From Eledone cirrhosa (Eukaryota), in NCBI GenBank assembly GCA_964016885.1, contig OZ024746.1, positions 40,424,001-40,488,000 of the forward strand: 64,000 bases of DNA. The letters run 5' to 3'. The notes below the pieces were generated by a model. It was not told where the DNA came from. It worked only from the letters and a program-made list of their open reading frames with translations, and did no database searches. Made by a program: the position numbers and the translations under genes. Shown here piece after piece: positions 43,201 to 57,418 of this stretch; position 1 is the first letter of the stretch; each line of letters begins with the position of its first letter.

Positions 43201-46200
43201 GCTAGAATGCCTTGCTGTGTTCGTTCTGGCTCTGCGCCCTGAGTTCAAATTCCGCCGAGGTCAACGTTGCCTTTCATCCTTTAGAGGTTGATAAAAAAAA
43301 GTATTGACCCAACACTGCAGTTGATTCTCTCTCTCTCTCCCTTAGAAGAAATCGGCTGTATTCAGAACTGGAGAGACGGATGGGCTCCGCCTGGTTTAAA
43401 ATACTCAAGACGCCGTGTGTTGCTACGGCGCTCCTGCGACACCACCAGGAGTTACAGGTCCATACATACACATTTGTGTAGAACAGAATCATGAATAATA
43501 CTTTTTTCAAGAAGCTCCTTCATTAAAACGTATTTTCTAAAGTCTTAAATTATATTTTAAAACTTGTGGTGAACTTTGATACCCCTTACGGCGCACCGTT
43601 TGAGAACTGCTATAAAGCTCTTGAGATGTGAACTGAATTATAATATGATGGGAGAGTATTTGCTTCCGTCAACAATGCGAGTCCTTGTGCCTTTGCTAGA
43701 AATCGATTTATAATATCGTTTGCATAAATACTAGTCTTGCTCACAAAGACTGACTGAATGAAATATTACACGAGAAAGATCTTGACTACGAAAATAACTC
43801 TTTTATTTATTTTATTTTTAATATTAAATACATGGTTACACTTGTTTCATATAATTATGCATACAAATAATCACAATTTATATATTAAAAAAAAGAAAGA
43901 AAAAGGTGGTCGATAAAAAAACGCACACCCAATCATATACTACAATAAGGGGCCTGAAGTCCCCTCTAATTCTATATACTAGTCAACGAAGGAGCATCTA
44001 CTCGGCCGTTCGACCTGCAAGAAATAGCTACTAAATTCCCATCAAATCACACCTTTTTAACCATAGAACTACTTGATCAGTAATGACTGACTACTAGGGA
44101 GAAGATCCCAAATTAGAAAATATGTCATTGCATTTTACCATGAACCTTCTATCATAAAAATAACTTGCGAAAAATATTAAGCATATATCACGCACTCTTA
44201 GTTTATAACAGTAATCTGCTTGTAAAGAACAACAACCATATAACTGTACTTCGAGCGTGTAGATTGACTGTAAGTAAGACACAAGCAGAATGTTATGTAC
44301 GATAGAATAGGAATTTTGATAGTGAAGATCTATCTCGATGACCGAGTTAATGAAATACCGGCTCTTGGTTCAATGCACTGTATTTATTATCCGTCTTACA
44401 AGCGCCCCTCACCACTCTCCCCTTTAAACAGTCTATATTTATATTGTCCTCTGAAGAAAAGCTACTTGTAACGTCGTTTCCCAATTCATAAATATATATA
44501 ACGATTGTTTAAACAAACAAACGAATGCATGTAAATGTTAATATATGGCGAGTGCTGAGCTTTCTTGTATTGGCAAAAATTAAAATATTTGTAAAAGAGA
44601 ATAGCTGAAATAGATCGATATATTTCATCAACCCTTTCGTTCCGGTAGGATTTGAATTGAACTTTGAATGTACTGCGATTAGATTAGGATTATTCACCCA
44701 GCATCTTTATATATTGCTTCGTCAACCATATCATTAAAGTCTCGCATCATTTACTTTATTCTTCATGTAGGAAATAGTCAAACCTTCTATCATAATTCCA
44801 TTCACATCTACGATGCCTTATGGCAATATAAATCGACGCTAGTACTTTATTTTATCTACCCCGGAAAGATTAAAGGCAAAGTTGACCTCGTTGGGATTTG
44901 AACTCAGAAATGAAAATGGGACTAAATACAGCACGGTATTTTGTTCAACGCTCGAACACCTTTGTCAATTCACCGTTCTGGTGGTTCTCACTTATACTAT
45001 AGTTATTAACAACGGTCGAAATTGAAAGCATTAGACATATAGTGGATGCGTTAAGAGAAAATTTATAGGTGAAGAAATCAGAAGACTGAAAGACAGTCTA
45101 TTAAATAAACAGGCACGGAAGGAAAGTGGTGAGCAAAAATACAATAACTTTTATTTACACTACATAAGGTCAGCTTAACATTACTTCGTAGAAAAATTAA
45201 TAGACACAATAACTCAAATATTAATAACAGAAAAATAATGTAATGCAGTGTGTGCATTCGTTATATGTGGGTAAGTATGAATACTATATTAAACGATAAA
45301 TATATTCTGAAGTCTAAAGTCTGTCTAGAGTTCGCAGGGTCATCAGGCCGGTGCTTATCCCGGCTTCTGTAGCATTAAGCGACTGAGAGTACAAGATTCC
45401 TCCCTTGACAGGATGCCAGTTCATCATAAGGTAAAACCTCCAACAATTACAGGTACTAATTTTCAGCTGAGTATATAGGAGCAACGGACTGGCTTTATGG
45501 TGGACCGAGTAACATCAACAACAAAAACAGCTGAGAATGTTACAAAAGAATCTGAAGTCATAGCCGTTGTACAAAGATTGAAAGGAAAACGGAAAGTATC
45601 TTAGCTAAGCAATTAAAATATAATTATTGTCGTCAGCAGCTTAAGTCACTGTCGCCTGGATACCCAAGGCGGTTTTAAAACTCAGTCCGTTTCTAGTTAC
45701 CACGGAATGGTAAAGGTGATGTGACTAAATGAGTACAAAAGGTCGTATGAATGGGACATTTAACATATATGCAGTGGTTTAGCTATACCATGTTAAAAGG
45801 ATTTAACATTCTGGGTGAAAGATGTATCCGTTTTGGGGTGGAGTTTGTGAAAGTTTAACCAATCTTGAAAATAGTCAGGTATTTCTAGCATGTTAAGCAA
45901 ACGCACGGAATATTCAACACTGGTTGAGTTAAGTACAAGTAATCTACTGAGGAGTGGAGGACTACATATACACTCATCAGCGGCCTACATACATTCTTGA
46001 AATTTAATCTTCTAACAAACAGTATATCTTAAGAGACTGTCCACCTCGTGATCCTGGTTGAATTATAGTCAACTCATACAAATATCTATATTTGTAATAT
46101 AATAGTAGATGGGTAGAATTAATAGAGCGTCGTACAAAATGACTCACTGAATTTGTTAAGGATCTTTACATTCTGATTTCAAATCCTGCAGGGGGCAATT

Positions 46201-49139
46201 TTGTCTTTCATCCTTCCGGGGTCGACGGAATAGATTTCCAGTCAAGCACCGTGGCCAATATAATCGACTTCCCCTTCCGCAAATTGTTAGCCTTCTTAGG
46301 ATGTTAAACTGGGAGAAATGATAGTGCCATACGATTTGACTCACGATATTTAGTTACCTTTTTAGGACAATATTGCTTTCGTTCTTTTTTTTTTTAGGGG
46401 GCGGTTTAAAACGAGTAACAGTCATTAACTAAGTAGATTCATTCAATCACAATACCCTCCCCCCGTAGATTTGTAACTTAGTTCTAATGATAGAAATCAT
46501 TATTATCAACATTACTAATGAAGTGAGTGCAAGAGTAGGAAGTTTACTAATTGGTGTTTTACGGTACTGAATTTATAATTGCACCAATAACGTATTGATT
46601 TCTGCTTTTCTTCCAGCGGAAGTCCAAGAGATAAGTATTAGTAAGGCATTAAGGTTGGTTCTACTATACCATCACCACATTGTAATATTTGGCTTTGCGC
46701 CGAGAAAAAAAGAAATTATCGTTATCACCATCATCACAACCGCCACTACCATTATTATACCATTATCATAATTAGGATAGCCATGCTTATATGTTGGGCT
46801 TGATTGTTGGTAGACAGTCCGTGTGTTTGTGTGAACAGTTATAGATTAATTCTAATAAAAATGCGCCCACTCTCAAAGACTGTCTTGCTGTAAAAAGATG
46901 GTGGGGGGTGGGGTGAATAATAAAGAAGGAAAAGACAAAATTTAAGAGGGGAGAAGACCCACATACTCTATCACATACCACAACATGGGGCGCTGGAACC
47001 TCCCTCAAATAATTTTTTTAAACAATCCAACACACTCGCAACATTGCCGTGGATGATAGTAAGGTTAAAATGCTGGAATAAGCAAGCACTTTTGCGGGCA
47101 TCACGTGATTGCTCGGTAAGGCGAGTCACCGACAAGGACAAGAATCATTCGTAATCAGCGGCCCAAGTTCCTCCAAACGTTTCAGGCTGGAAAAATAGTT
47201 TACCGATAATTCCTCTTGTCTAACTCCAGGTTAAGTCTGATCAAAGATGTTCCAGCTATGACTATCTCGTCTCTTTTGTAGACATAATGTATAAAGGACC
47301 ACTTTATCCTTTGTGTTTATTTTTAAGACAGTAGGATGTGATTTGAGGAAGATTTAGCTGATAAAGAAGTAGTATATCCTACATTTCTTATTGGGCAATA
47401 CCTTGTAAATGAAATTGAGTAGACGGAAACTGTTTGGAAGTCCGTAGGATACGCTGTACCTGTAATTCAAAGATTCAGCCTTATCGTACTGCATTAAGAG
47501 TACACGTGTCTGTGGAATGCTTAGCCACTTACACGTTAATTTCATGAACAGGCTGTTCCGTTGATCGAACAACTGGAACACTCATTGTCGAAACCGACGG
47601 AGGTCCGTCATTGTCGTAATGAGCAATATATATTTTTTTATGTTTCAGTTTATATTTTAGATAGTTGAAATATTTTAACCCTGAAGTGAAGTTATTGGGA
47701 CTTCTGTTCTTCGCTTAAATAATGGTTTCTGATTTAGGCACAATACCAACAATTTTTGGGAAAACGAAAAGTCGATTAAATTTACTCCAGTGCATGACTG
47801 GTATTTTGTTTTATCGACCCCATAAGGATGAAAGGCAAAACTAACCTCGGCGGGATTTGAACTCAGAACGTAAAGGACTCTAACTTTGCCGCAAATCATG
47901 GTCTCCGACGTTCTCCCGGTACTGCCATTCCAGGTAGTTTTATTTACTTGTTTGTCACAGAAATCAATCTAACGGTTGTGTTATTTGTAGGTTTGCGAGG
48001 GCGGTGAATTGGCAGAATCGCTAGTCTGTCGGATTGTGTGAAGCCGCATAACCTAATGGTTAGGATGCTTAACGTATGATTGTAATGTCGTCGGTTCGAT
48101 TTCTGAACAGGGTGCTACATTGTGTTCTTGGGCAAAACACTTTACTTTATGTTGCTCCAGTACACTCAATTGAGATTGAGTATCAGCAGTAGCTGGGAAG
48201 TTGACTCTGCGATAGACCGGTGTCCTGTCCCTGTCCAGAGAAGACTCTTGTACTCTTAGTCGCTTATTGGCAAGGAAACCGGCGATAAGCACCAGCCAGA
48301 TGAGCTTTCGGTTTAGAACAAACTTTAACGTCAGATGAAGTGTATTGCAATATTTCGTTACGGCGTTCTGGTTTCAAAACCAGCTAAGTCCAACTCTACC
48401 TTTCATTTTTCCTCCAGAGATCGATTTTTCCCGCTGTCCAAAATTATTGGCATTGTGCCTAGAGTAGAAACCGTTATCAATGGGTTCGGTTCAAGACAAA
48501 ATTCCCCCAGGACAAAATCTCCACAGTAAACAATTTAATTTATTCTATATCGTGTAAGTTACATTTCATAATGATAACTATTGTGTGAACCCGTAACTCC
48601 AGCTAGGATTGAACTCAACTGATTTCTTTCAGAGAATGAGAGTCAGAGAGGGGAAGTGAGGGAAAACAAATCGACGCCAATACTGGACTGGTTTTTTTCT
48701 TCTTTTTCCTTTATCAGCTTCGAAAGAATGAAAGGTAAAGATGACCTTGGTGGGATTTGAACACAGACAGCATAGAGAGCCGGAACGAATACTACAAAAC
48801 AGTCTAACGAATCTGCCAATTCGGCGACGTAATGTTAGCTATCAAAAATTATAAATAGATTGTTTTTTCTTTGTAAATTTATAGAAGACCCTCTCAATTT
48901 AATTCCCAACCTCCGTTTTTCGGGACGGGGGAGTCGATTGCGAGCATGTTGGAGGTCAGATTAGTTGATAGCACACGAAAACACGGAGGAAAAAAAAAAT
49001 ATTTCCCACTGAACTTGAGAGGGTGTTTTTCGATAATAATTGTTTCTAATTTAGGCACAAGAATACCCTTGGCATTGTTCAATAAAAACTGTAGATCATT
49101 TGACCGAATTACGAAAAGAATGCTTTATTGATTAATCAA

Positions 49140-50400
49140 AAATATTATGCTTTTATGAATGAAATGTATAGCAATTATTAAAAATGTTCTTGGACGTTAT
49201 CCTATAAATGAAATCTAAGAAAATGAGAAATATAGCTGAATTATAGAAGAGTCTAATGATGTACCACGTTACAAAACGTTTAGGTATTAACAAATATTAT
49301 TCTGAAATTAGAAAATAAATCATTGCGTCCTTATTTGATTGAATAGCATGAATCTGGCTGGGGCCTGTTTTATATTCAATAAAACAGGCCCCAGCCAGAG
49401 TCAATATTCTTCTCAATTCTGGAGCCAATCGGATTATCCAGGGTTTACAGGTAAGATGCCTTACATGGGACGCCACTGTCATCGACTCTTTCGATCTTTC
49501 TCTTATCCTAGATTCTACAGTGGATGGTCACCACAGCCGTCACTAAACAGAGTGAACTACTGAAATACAGTGATTTATCGGGGAAACTATATTTTTCAGT
49601 CTGAGACACTCGGGGAGAGCTGGACCGCCGACAATGAGGTTTTTGTCATTGTTAGCGGTTCACCTTATTGAAGCATCAGCTGATGCATGTGAGGGTGTTT
49701 GACTGTTCCAGCGCCTTAACCTCACTATCACTCGGTAATTCCGCCACTAATTAGATGACGTAATTTACAATATCCTATAGATTCCATTTGTTCAATTATT
49801 CTTATACCATGAAAATACTTAAGATGAATGTCTTCCAGAATTTGTAACCCCACCAAACCTTACTTCGGTTTTCAATTTGAGAATGAACTCTTCCAATGCA
49901 AACTTCCTCTACAAGCATAAAATAAAATACGTGAAAAGTGCAATTAAATGTGTCATCTAGATTGTGCAGCAAATTAATCAGTGACTACCAGATAATTTCC
50001 AAGTCTTTGAATTCATGAAATATTTTTGTGCTTTAAATCTAGCAAACCTGTAATTTTAGACATTGCAAAATATTTTTTATAAAAATGACACGATCTTAAC
50101 TAAAATAGTTAGAATGTACTCAGGGTTGAGGTTTTGAATACAATTTCATTTTGGGTTAAGGTTTCTTTGTATAGGAGTTTTTCTGGAGAAAATCTGTTCA
50201 AAGAGCTTTCAAAACTGGCTGTAAAACTATTTATTTTACCGCATTCAAATGCTGATGTGGGAAGACTTATTAGTGCCATGATTATTGCTTATGCAAAATG
50301 ACGTAATTATGTGAATTTAATGACTTCGAGAGAAAGATTATCTGTAAAATCTGATCTGAAGCGTAATGGTAAATTATGGCTTCAGTTACAAATTGCCGAA
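49140..50400 (+). pseudogene. Degenerate hAT-superfamily transposase relic (interrupted; boundaries approximate)
   Basis: About 50172-50280 translates to RSFSGENLFKELSKLAVKLFILPHSNADVGRLISAM, like the hAT dimerisation motif LPHSNA..ER.FS.M. IEESNDV near 49243 resembles IDESTD. Confidence 0.6.
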
Positions 50401-50776
50401 TGATATTTTGTGGAAAATCGGAACAATAAATACCTATAACATGATTCTTGAAAAAATAGATAACAGGCTTCACGTTTTGGAAGAGAGCTTTGATTTAGAA
50501 TACTTCGAATTTGATTAAATATAAGGTAAGTCGACTGATTTAAAATAATATATTTTTAATGTTTTAACAGTAGTGTTTGCCACCTAATCAATGCTTTCTC
50601 TCTATTTTTCAAAATGTTATTATTCTTTAATGCCTTTTAACAAAATATTGACGCCTTTTAGCGCGTCACTGATCCCAATTTTAAAACAAAAAACAAACAC
50701 TAAAAGAAATGAACGTCAAAATTATTTTGTTGGTGTACCTCCTCCAGTTTGTGGTACATTATCTCACTAAAGCAGT

Positions 50777-50956
50777 GGGTTGGCAGTATCGGCAGAGGGT
50801 CGGGCGTCATGCTCTGACGCATAGAGTTACGGCCCTTGCCATTCTGAATTCAAATCCCGCCGAGGTTAACTTTGCCTTTCATCCTTACGGGGTCGATAAA
50901 ATAAAGTACCAGTCATACACTGGGTAATTGCTGGCCTTGTGCCAAAAGTAGAAACA
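50777..50956 (+). mobile_element. Near full-length SINE with target-site duplication
   Basis: Flanked by the direct repeat ATTATCTCACTAAAGCAGT at 50758-50776 and 50957-50975. Confidence 0.85.
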
Positions 50957-53297
50957 ATTATCTCACTAAAGCAGTATATTTTCCGCCTTTTGTTGAAGAT
51001 TAAGTTTCTTTCAATCATCTGCTCTCATCACCCTCTCTCTCTGACAATGATGTACTGCTGATATACATTCATGTGTACACCCGTGAACAATTTTGCAAAG
51101 CGGTACAAGACCTCATTGAGACCCAAAGCAGGTAAAGATTTTTCTAAAAATCGATGTTACATTGTTGCTGTGGAGCCTTCTTAGCACCTGGGCCCCGGAA
51201 TAAAGTACCGACTGGATCCCACCCCCTCTCATAGGCCTTGGTTGTGAGTAGACCTTTCACTTATCGCATCTATGGAGGACTACTTACTTGCCACAGTTAA
51301 TGTGAGAGTCAGTCATTCCGTTACCGAATCTTTGATCGTATATTTTGGTGCGTTATATTTGTGAGATTCCAAGCAATAGTTAATTGTATTTATTATGTGT
51401 TTATATTTTCATTCTGAAAGAAATGAGAACAATTTGTAATGTTAACTGAATAAAACTTTACTGGATTGAATGAATAATGATGTGTTGGCAATGTTTCGGG
51501 ACATTGATGAGGAATCACTGCATAAAACTTTCCCAGGGGAATTTTAGGTCATTGATTATAGATCGATTTCTAAAGCTTAGTGGTAGAAGTAGTTTTTAGA
51601 AGTTAGCTGTGGAAGGGGTATATTGATGAATAGTAGTGGTGATGGTGGTGCTTTTTTTTAATTTTATTTTATTTTTGTTGTTGAAAGAGTCGGGGGTTGG
51701 ACTCTGATTTAATGCTTTGAAATATACTTCTGCATTTACAATATTTACATCAGTAATGTAATGAAGTTATACAGGAGGACGGATGCTGGAGTGAATCCAG
51801 TTCAGACAAGTTAAGGGATTTTGTTTTTAATACTTTTTATCTTATTTTGGTTTAAATGCTTGCACGGTTCGAATAAGAATGCAATATCGATAAAAACAGC
51901 TGCAAATATAAGAAAATAGAATATGAAATCAATTATGAATGAAAAAGAAAAGAAAACATCTTTCACCACTCCGTCATTCCCTTTACCAGTCTCTTTCTGT
52001 GCCCCCCCCCCCCACACTCTCTCCCCCCTCCCCTTTTCTGTCCACCTTTTCCTAACTATTATTTTATGATGGAAATGCAACTAAAGAAAATTTGAATAAT
52101 AATTTAGCCCAGACGAAATTGGTTAAAAATCGATAAGAATCAAGTTAAACAGACGACTACTGTGGTTGAAAAGTTGGAGTTTCAAAATATTTATTTGTTC
52201 ATTTTAATATATGATATTTCTAAAAAAAAAAAAATTATTTTAAAAGCTATATAACTCAATTTTAAAATGCAAGTATTTATAAAATCTCCCATTTACCAGT
52301 AACCAAATTATTGACGAAGACCATCATTCATTAAAAAAATTTTTTTTTTAAACCCTTGCAATGGCTGTCATATTTCTTGTATTGTGTATATCAAATATCT
52401 TCCATTAACCACAAATGTTTGTAATATCGACTACTTTCCATTACATTCCTTTGGGGTTTTTTTTCTTGCTGGTCTGGATGAAGGGGGTCTTTTGAGACTG
52501 AGGTTGATAATATAAATTACCAACCAGTTCTTTCCTTAAAATTTTTGTTGTCTATATAAAAAAAAATTCTTCTTTGCTTGCTTATTCCTAAAAGGCTTGT
52601 GGGGCCAAAGACATACCTTCCAAAGAATCCTATCTGAAGCAACCATTTCAAATTGATCCAGCTGGATCATCAAACAAGACAAGCCGAGCTTATGAATGTT
52701 ATCTTAGGGTCTGCCTATGTGTCTCCTGTTGGTTGGCTTTGCCCATAAAATCTTTCCTGTGATTCTTTGCTGCTTCTTTGCATACCCTCTCACCACCACA
52801 TACTGAAGTAACTAGAACAAAATCAAAATGAAGATGAATCACAAAGGGCCAGAATAGTCATTGAAAAGGTCACAGAATGTGTGACGAAAGAAAGAGCTTT
52901 GACAATTAAATAACAACCCAGTCACTCAACCAACCTATGAATGGATTAGTTACCTGACTAATGATGGAATCAAAATAAAACTCAACTGGTGTAGGTATTT
53001 AGTGGCAGCATGACCCCTGCAAAATATAACTACATATATCTATGTATGTACACACATATATCATCATCATCTTCGTTTAACGTCCATCTTCCACGCTAGC
53101 ATGGGTTAGACGAGAGTTGTCCCACTTGAGGCAAGGTTGGTCGGGTGACCGTGTCTCACTCATACAGGACCATCTGGCAGGTTTTCTACGATATATATAA
53201 ATATAAGTATGTATACGTACACGTACATACATATATGTATACAGACGTACAGTAGTATGTACATAGATACATGCACACACATATATATATATATACA

Positions 53298-56169
53298 CTG
53301 CGATGGCTTCAATAGAGTACATGGAGGCCATGGAGTTGGAATGAGGAAGGATTCAGACTTCTAGAATTCTGCGACGCCAATGACATGTCGATATGTAACA
53401 CAAACTTTAAAAGACCCGACAACCACCTGATCACCTATAGATCAGGGGAGCACTCTAATCAGTTAGATTTTATCCTCATCAGAGGACGTGACAGATGGAC
53501 GGTCGTAAACACAAAAGCCTTCCCTAGTGAGGAATGTACATCCCAACATAGCTTAGTTGTCAGCGACCTCACGGTCAGAACTAGACGAGCCCTGAAACAG
53601 AGGCCAACCTGGAGAAGAAAGATCTGGAAGCTGAAAGTCCCCTCAACGAGTAACAGATTTAAAGATATTTTACTCAACGCCTACGACAGTAAAGAAGAAC
53701 AGATAGAGACATTTAACGTAGAAGAGAACTGGGAGTTCCTAAAAAATAACTTACTAGAGGCGACGGATGAGGTTTGTGGCTGGAGTAAGACCTCAAGCAG
53801 GAGAAGAGTGACTTGGTGGTGGAACAATAAGGTAGATGAAGCAGTCAAGGCCAAGAGACAGGCATGGAAAGAATGGAAGAACAGGGGGAGCTGGGTACAT
53901 TACATAGAGACCAAGAGGGAAGCTAGGCGACAAGTATACTTAGCTAGGAGGGAAGCAGAGGATAGAAAATTCAAGCATGTTTTACAACGTGAGGACCAGA
54001 AACAGGAGGTATTCAAGATTGCGAGGCAGTGTGTCAGAGATAGTTGTGATGTCATTGGAGAGAAGTGTATCCGGAATGATAAAGGTGAGCTTGCCCTCAC
54101 AAGTGCTGAGAAGAAAGATGCATGGAAGAGTCATTATGATAGATTACTAAATGAGGAGAATGCATGGGAAGAAGAGACCCTACCCCACGTAGACCCTATA
54201 GAGGGACCAGCAGTACAAGTCAGCGGCAGCGTAGTAAGTAAGGCAATCAGAGATATGAAGATAGGGAAGGCAACCGGTCCATCGGGTATAGCTGCCGAGA
54301 TGCTGAAGGCATCTGGGTCTGTAGGTCACACTATAACCACACGTATCGTTAACCAGGTAATACTAGAGGGGGCCATACCAAAAGATTGGTGCAGTAGCAT
54401 CATTGTCAACTGCTACAAAGGTAAAGGCGATGCACTAGATAGAGGAAACTATAGAGGTATAAAGTTGATGGACCAGGTCATGAAAGTAACAGAAAGAGTT
54501 ATAGCACAGCTGATTAGGGACCGGGTGAATATAGACGAGATGCAATTTGGGTTTGTACCAGGGAAAGGCACCACTGATGCGCTCTTCCTTGTGAGGCAAT
54601 TACAGGAAAAGTACCTAGCTAAAAGTAAGCCACTCTACTTGGCATTTGTCGACCTTGAGAAAGCCTTTGACAGAGTTCCACGTGCAGTAATCTGGTGGGC
54701 TCTTAGAAAACTAGGAGTAGATGAATGGCTTGTGAAAGCGGTACAAGCCATGTATAGGGGAGCAGTCAGCAAAGTTAGGATTGGCAATGAGTATAGCGAG
54801 GAATTTAGCGTACAGGTTGGGGTCCACCAGGGCTCTGTTCTTAGCCCTCTCCTGTTCATCATAGTCCTGCAGGCAATAACGGAGGAGTTTAAGACCGGAT
54901 GCCCATGGGAACTCCTGTATGCTGAATCTATGGTAGAACTAGAGAATAAATTCCAAACCTGGAAGCAGGGACTAGAGAGAAAGGGCCTCAAAGTCAACAT
55001 GACAAAGACTAAGGTCCTTATAAGTAGACGAGAAAACAGAACCCAGATCCCCTCAGGGAAATGGGCTTGCTCAGTATGTAGGAAAGGTGTAGGTAGGAAC
55101 TCCATTCTCTGCCCCAAATGCAAACAATGGGTACACAAGAGATGTAGCGGGATCTCAGGAAGCTTAATTAAGAATGTAGGATTCACATGCAGCAGCTGTG
55201 CTGAAACAGCAAGCAAACAGCCACAGGAAACAAGTACCACCAATCTCTGGGAGGGCCCTGTAGAAACAGTAGACAGCTTCTGCTACCTAGGTGACCGAAT
55301 TAGCAACGGAGGTGGGTGCTCAGAAAGTACAATAACTAGGGTAAGAACGGGATGGAAGAAGTTTAGGGAACTACTACCACTGCTAGCTGCAAAAGCTTCT
55401 CCCTCAGAATGAAAGGCAGACTGTATGATGCGTGTATCCGAACAGTGATGTTGCATGGTAGTGAGACCTGGGCGCTGAAGGTGGAAGACTTACGTAGATT
55501 AGAGAGAAACGAAGCCTGCATGCTCCGATGGATGTGTAACAGTAATATACGTGAACGACAAAGCATAAAGGAATTGAGAGAGAGACTGAGCATAAGAGGA
55601 ATCAAATGCTGCGTGCAGGAGAGGCGGTTACGCTGGTATGGACATGTGATGCGTATGAAGGATGACAGCTGCATAAAAAGGTGCAGAGCACTAGAAGTTG
55701 ATGGAAACCGCGGAGTGGGGAGACCCAAGATGACTTGGGATGAGGTGATAAAAGCCGACCTTACCCAACTACACCTCTCAAAGTCAATGACACACGACCG
55801 TGACTTCTGGCGTCACGCAGTAATACAGGGTACCCGACCTCCCATGGGTACATGCTGAAGCATATAAACAATATGAGCCCCCCCCCCCCCCCCACCCCAC
55901 CCACCGCAAGGTGGTCGTGGAGGTGCCACGGCAAAAAAGCACCCAGCCCACACTGTAAAGTGGACGTGTAGGCGCCACGAAAAAGCACCCAGCACTCACT
56001 GTAAATGAGGTTGGTGTTAGGAAGGGCATCCAGCTGTAGAAATCAAGCCAGATCAGTTCCTGTATGAGCAAGGCATGGTCAGCCGACCAGACACTGCCCA
56101 CAACAGGACAACCCGTCTAACCCATGCTAGCGTGGAAGAACGGACGTAAAACGGTGATGATGATGATGA
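53298..56169 (+). mobile_element. RTE-clade LINE, 5'-truncated within APE, inactivated (21-bp YADD deletion, 1-bp frameshift near 55395)
   Basis: ORFs 53385..55412 and 55409..55858 contain NYRGIKL, FVDLEKAFDRV and GVHQGSVLSP. The 3' UTR and (GAT)n tail match 16155-16456. Confidence 0.93.
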
Positions 56170-56545
56170 TATATGTACGTATGGGTTTACCGAACATTTA
56201 TTATAATGCTCGGTTTGTTTGTAAACAAACAGCCCAAATTATTAGCCGTACAGTGTTCGGCAACCATCGTTGCCATTTTGTTCAACACTGACTAAGGAAC
56301 GATGAACTAGTTTCTACCTTATTAGCTGTCATCAGCACCATATACCTTCCTGTCAGTTGATTGAACGTTTGAAAGTATATACTTTCCTTATGCATATTAA
56401 TGGCTGAGTAGCCTAATTTACATATCGAGTGAGTTAGTCGGCCGGGTGTACCGAAAACGATAAATGGAAAAAATGAAATTTCATTTCTCACTCTTAGTAC
56501 GGCTGATACTTAAATATAAGTACATACATATATGTATACATATAT
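56170..56545 (-). mobile_element. Second copy of hammerhead repeat family B (its other part lies at 53198-53295, left of the RTE); variant hammerhead at 56300-56340
   Basis: Minus strand UGGUG CUGAUGA cagcuaauaaggua GAAA CUAG UU CAUCG. Flanks are homologous to 24670-25150. Confidence 0.78.
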
Positions 56546-56683
56546 ATATATATATAATACAAGGAAGATTTGTTAAGCCTTCCTTACGTTTATTGATTGG
56601 TGACACGTTTTGCTATTGATCAGCTCAAGGTTTGATCTAGCCCGACTCTGGAATCAAAAGCTCATTGGACCTCTGCTGTTGTA

Positions 56684-56859
56684 TCTATACATATATATAA
56701 AACTGAAATTGTGTGTGTCCTCATTTTTGCAAAGTCTATACAAATCCACATTTCTACTCCGATTGACTTCAAACTTGCATTTATATATCCCTTGCGGTCT
56801 AAAGATATTAACTGCAGCTTTTATTTTTCAATTTTCTGTTGTTAAAGGCGTTCACAGAT

Positions 56860-56893
<34 letters not shown>

Positions 56894-57418
56894 TTTCAGA
56901 AGATCCCGTTAAGGGTGAAAGCAGCGATTCTTTGCTTAAACTTTAATCTGTTATTTTAATATATATATATATATAATTATATATTTGTGTACAGATATTT
57001 TTGCATACACAAAGACAAAATATAAACAAGCGTATTTATTTCACAAAAGCACAGACGGCTTATCGTCATTGTTACTGCCAATATGCCACCCCAAAAGTCC
57101 CACTACTTTTGGCACAAGGCCAGCAATTACATAATCAACAGTCCGGAAATCACATGCACCACTGACGAGTTTACTCCTTACTCTACCAGTTAGTCTTAGT
57201 GTACTTCGTCCTGCTTTTAGGTCATGCCTCGAAGCAAGAGATACTCCATTGGCCGAAATACTGCGAAAGCGGTAAGAAAAATTATTTGCCTAAGCACAAA
57301 ATGTAGACACCATCCCCAGGCCGAGGTATTCCGTACTTCTCTGTACTGTTTCAGAAAGGAGGGATAAACATGCCAATCTATGTTTAGAAGCCTGAGCAAT
57401 GCCGGGCCATTCTGCTAG
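56684..57418 (+). mobile_element. Non-autonomous Helitron
   Basis: A|TCTATACATATATATAAAA 5' end; 3' CCTGAGCAATGCCGGG hairpin followed by TTCTGCTAG|T. The 3' end is shared with the 23076-24552 element. Confidence 0.75.

Noticed and set aside
47101-47108. Second TCACGTGA palindrome as a regulatory site
   Set aside because: Adjacent to dispersed repeat sequence and not linked to an identifiable exon or promoter.
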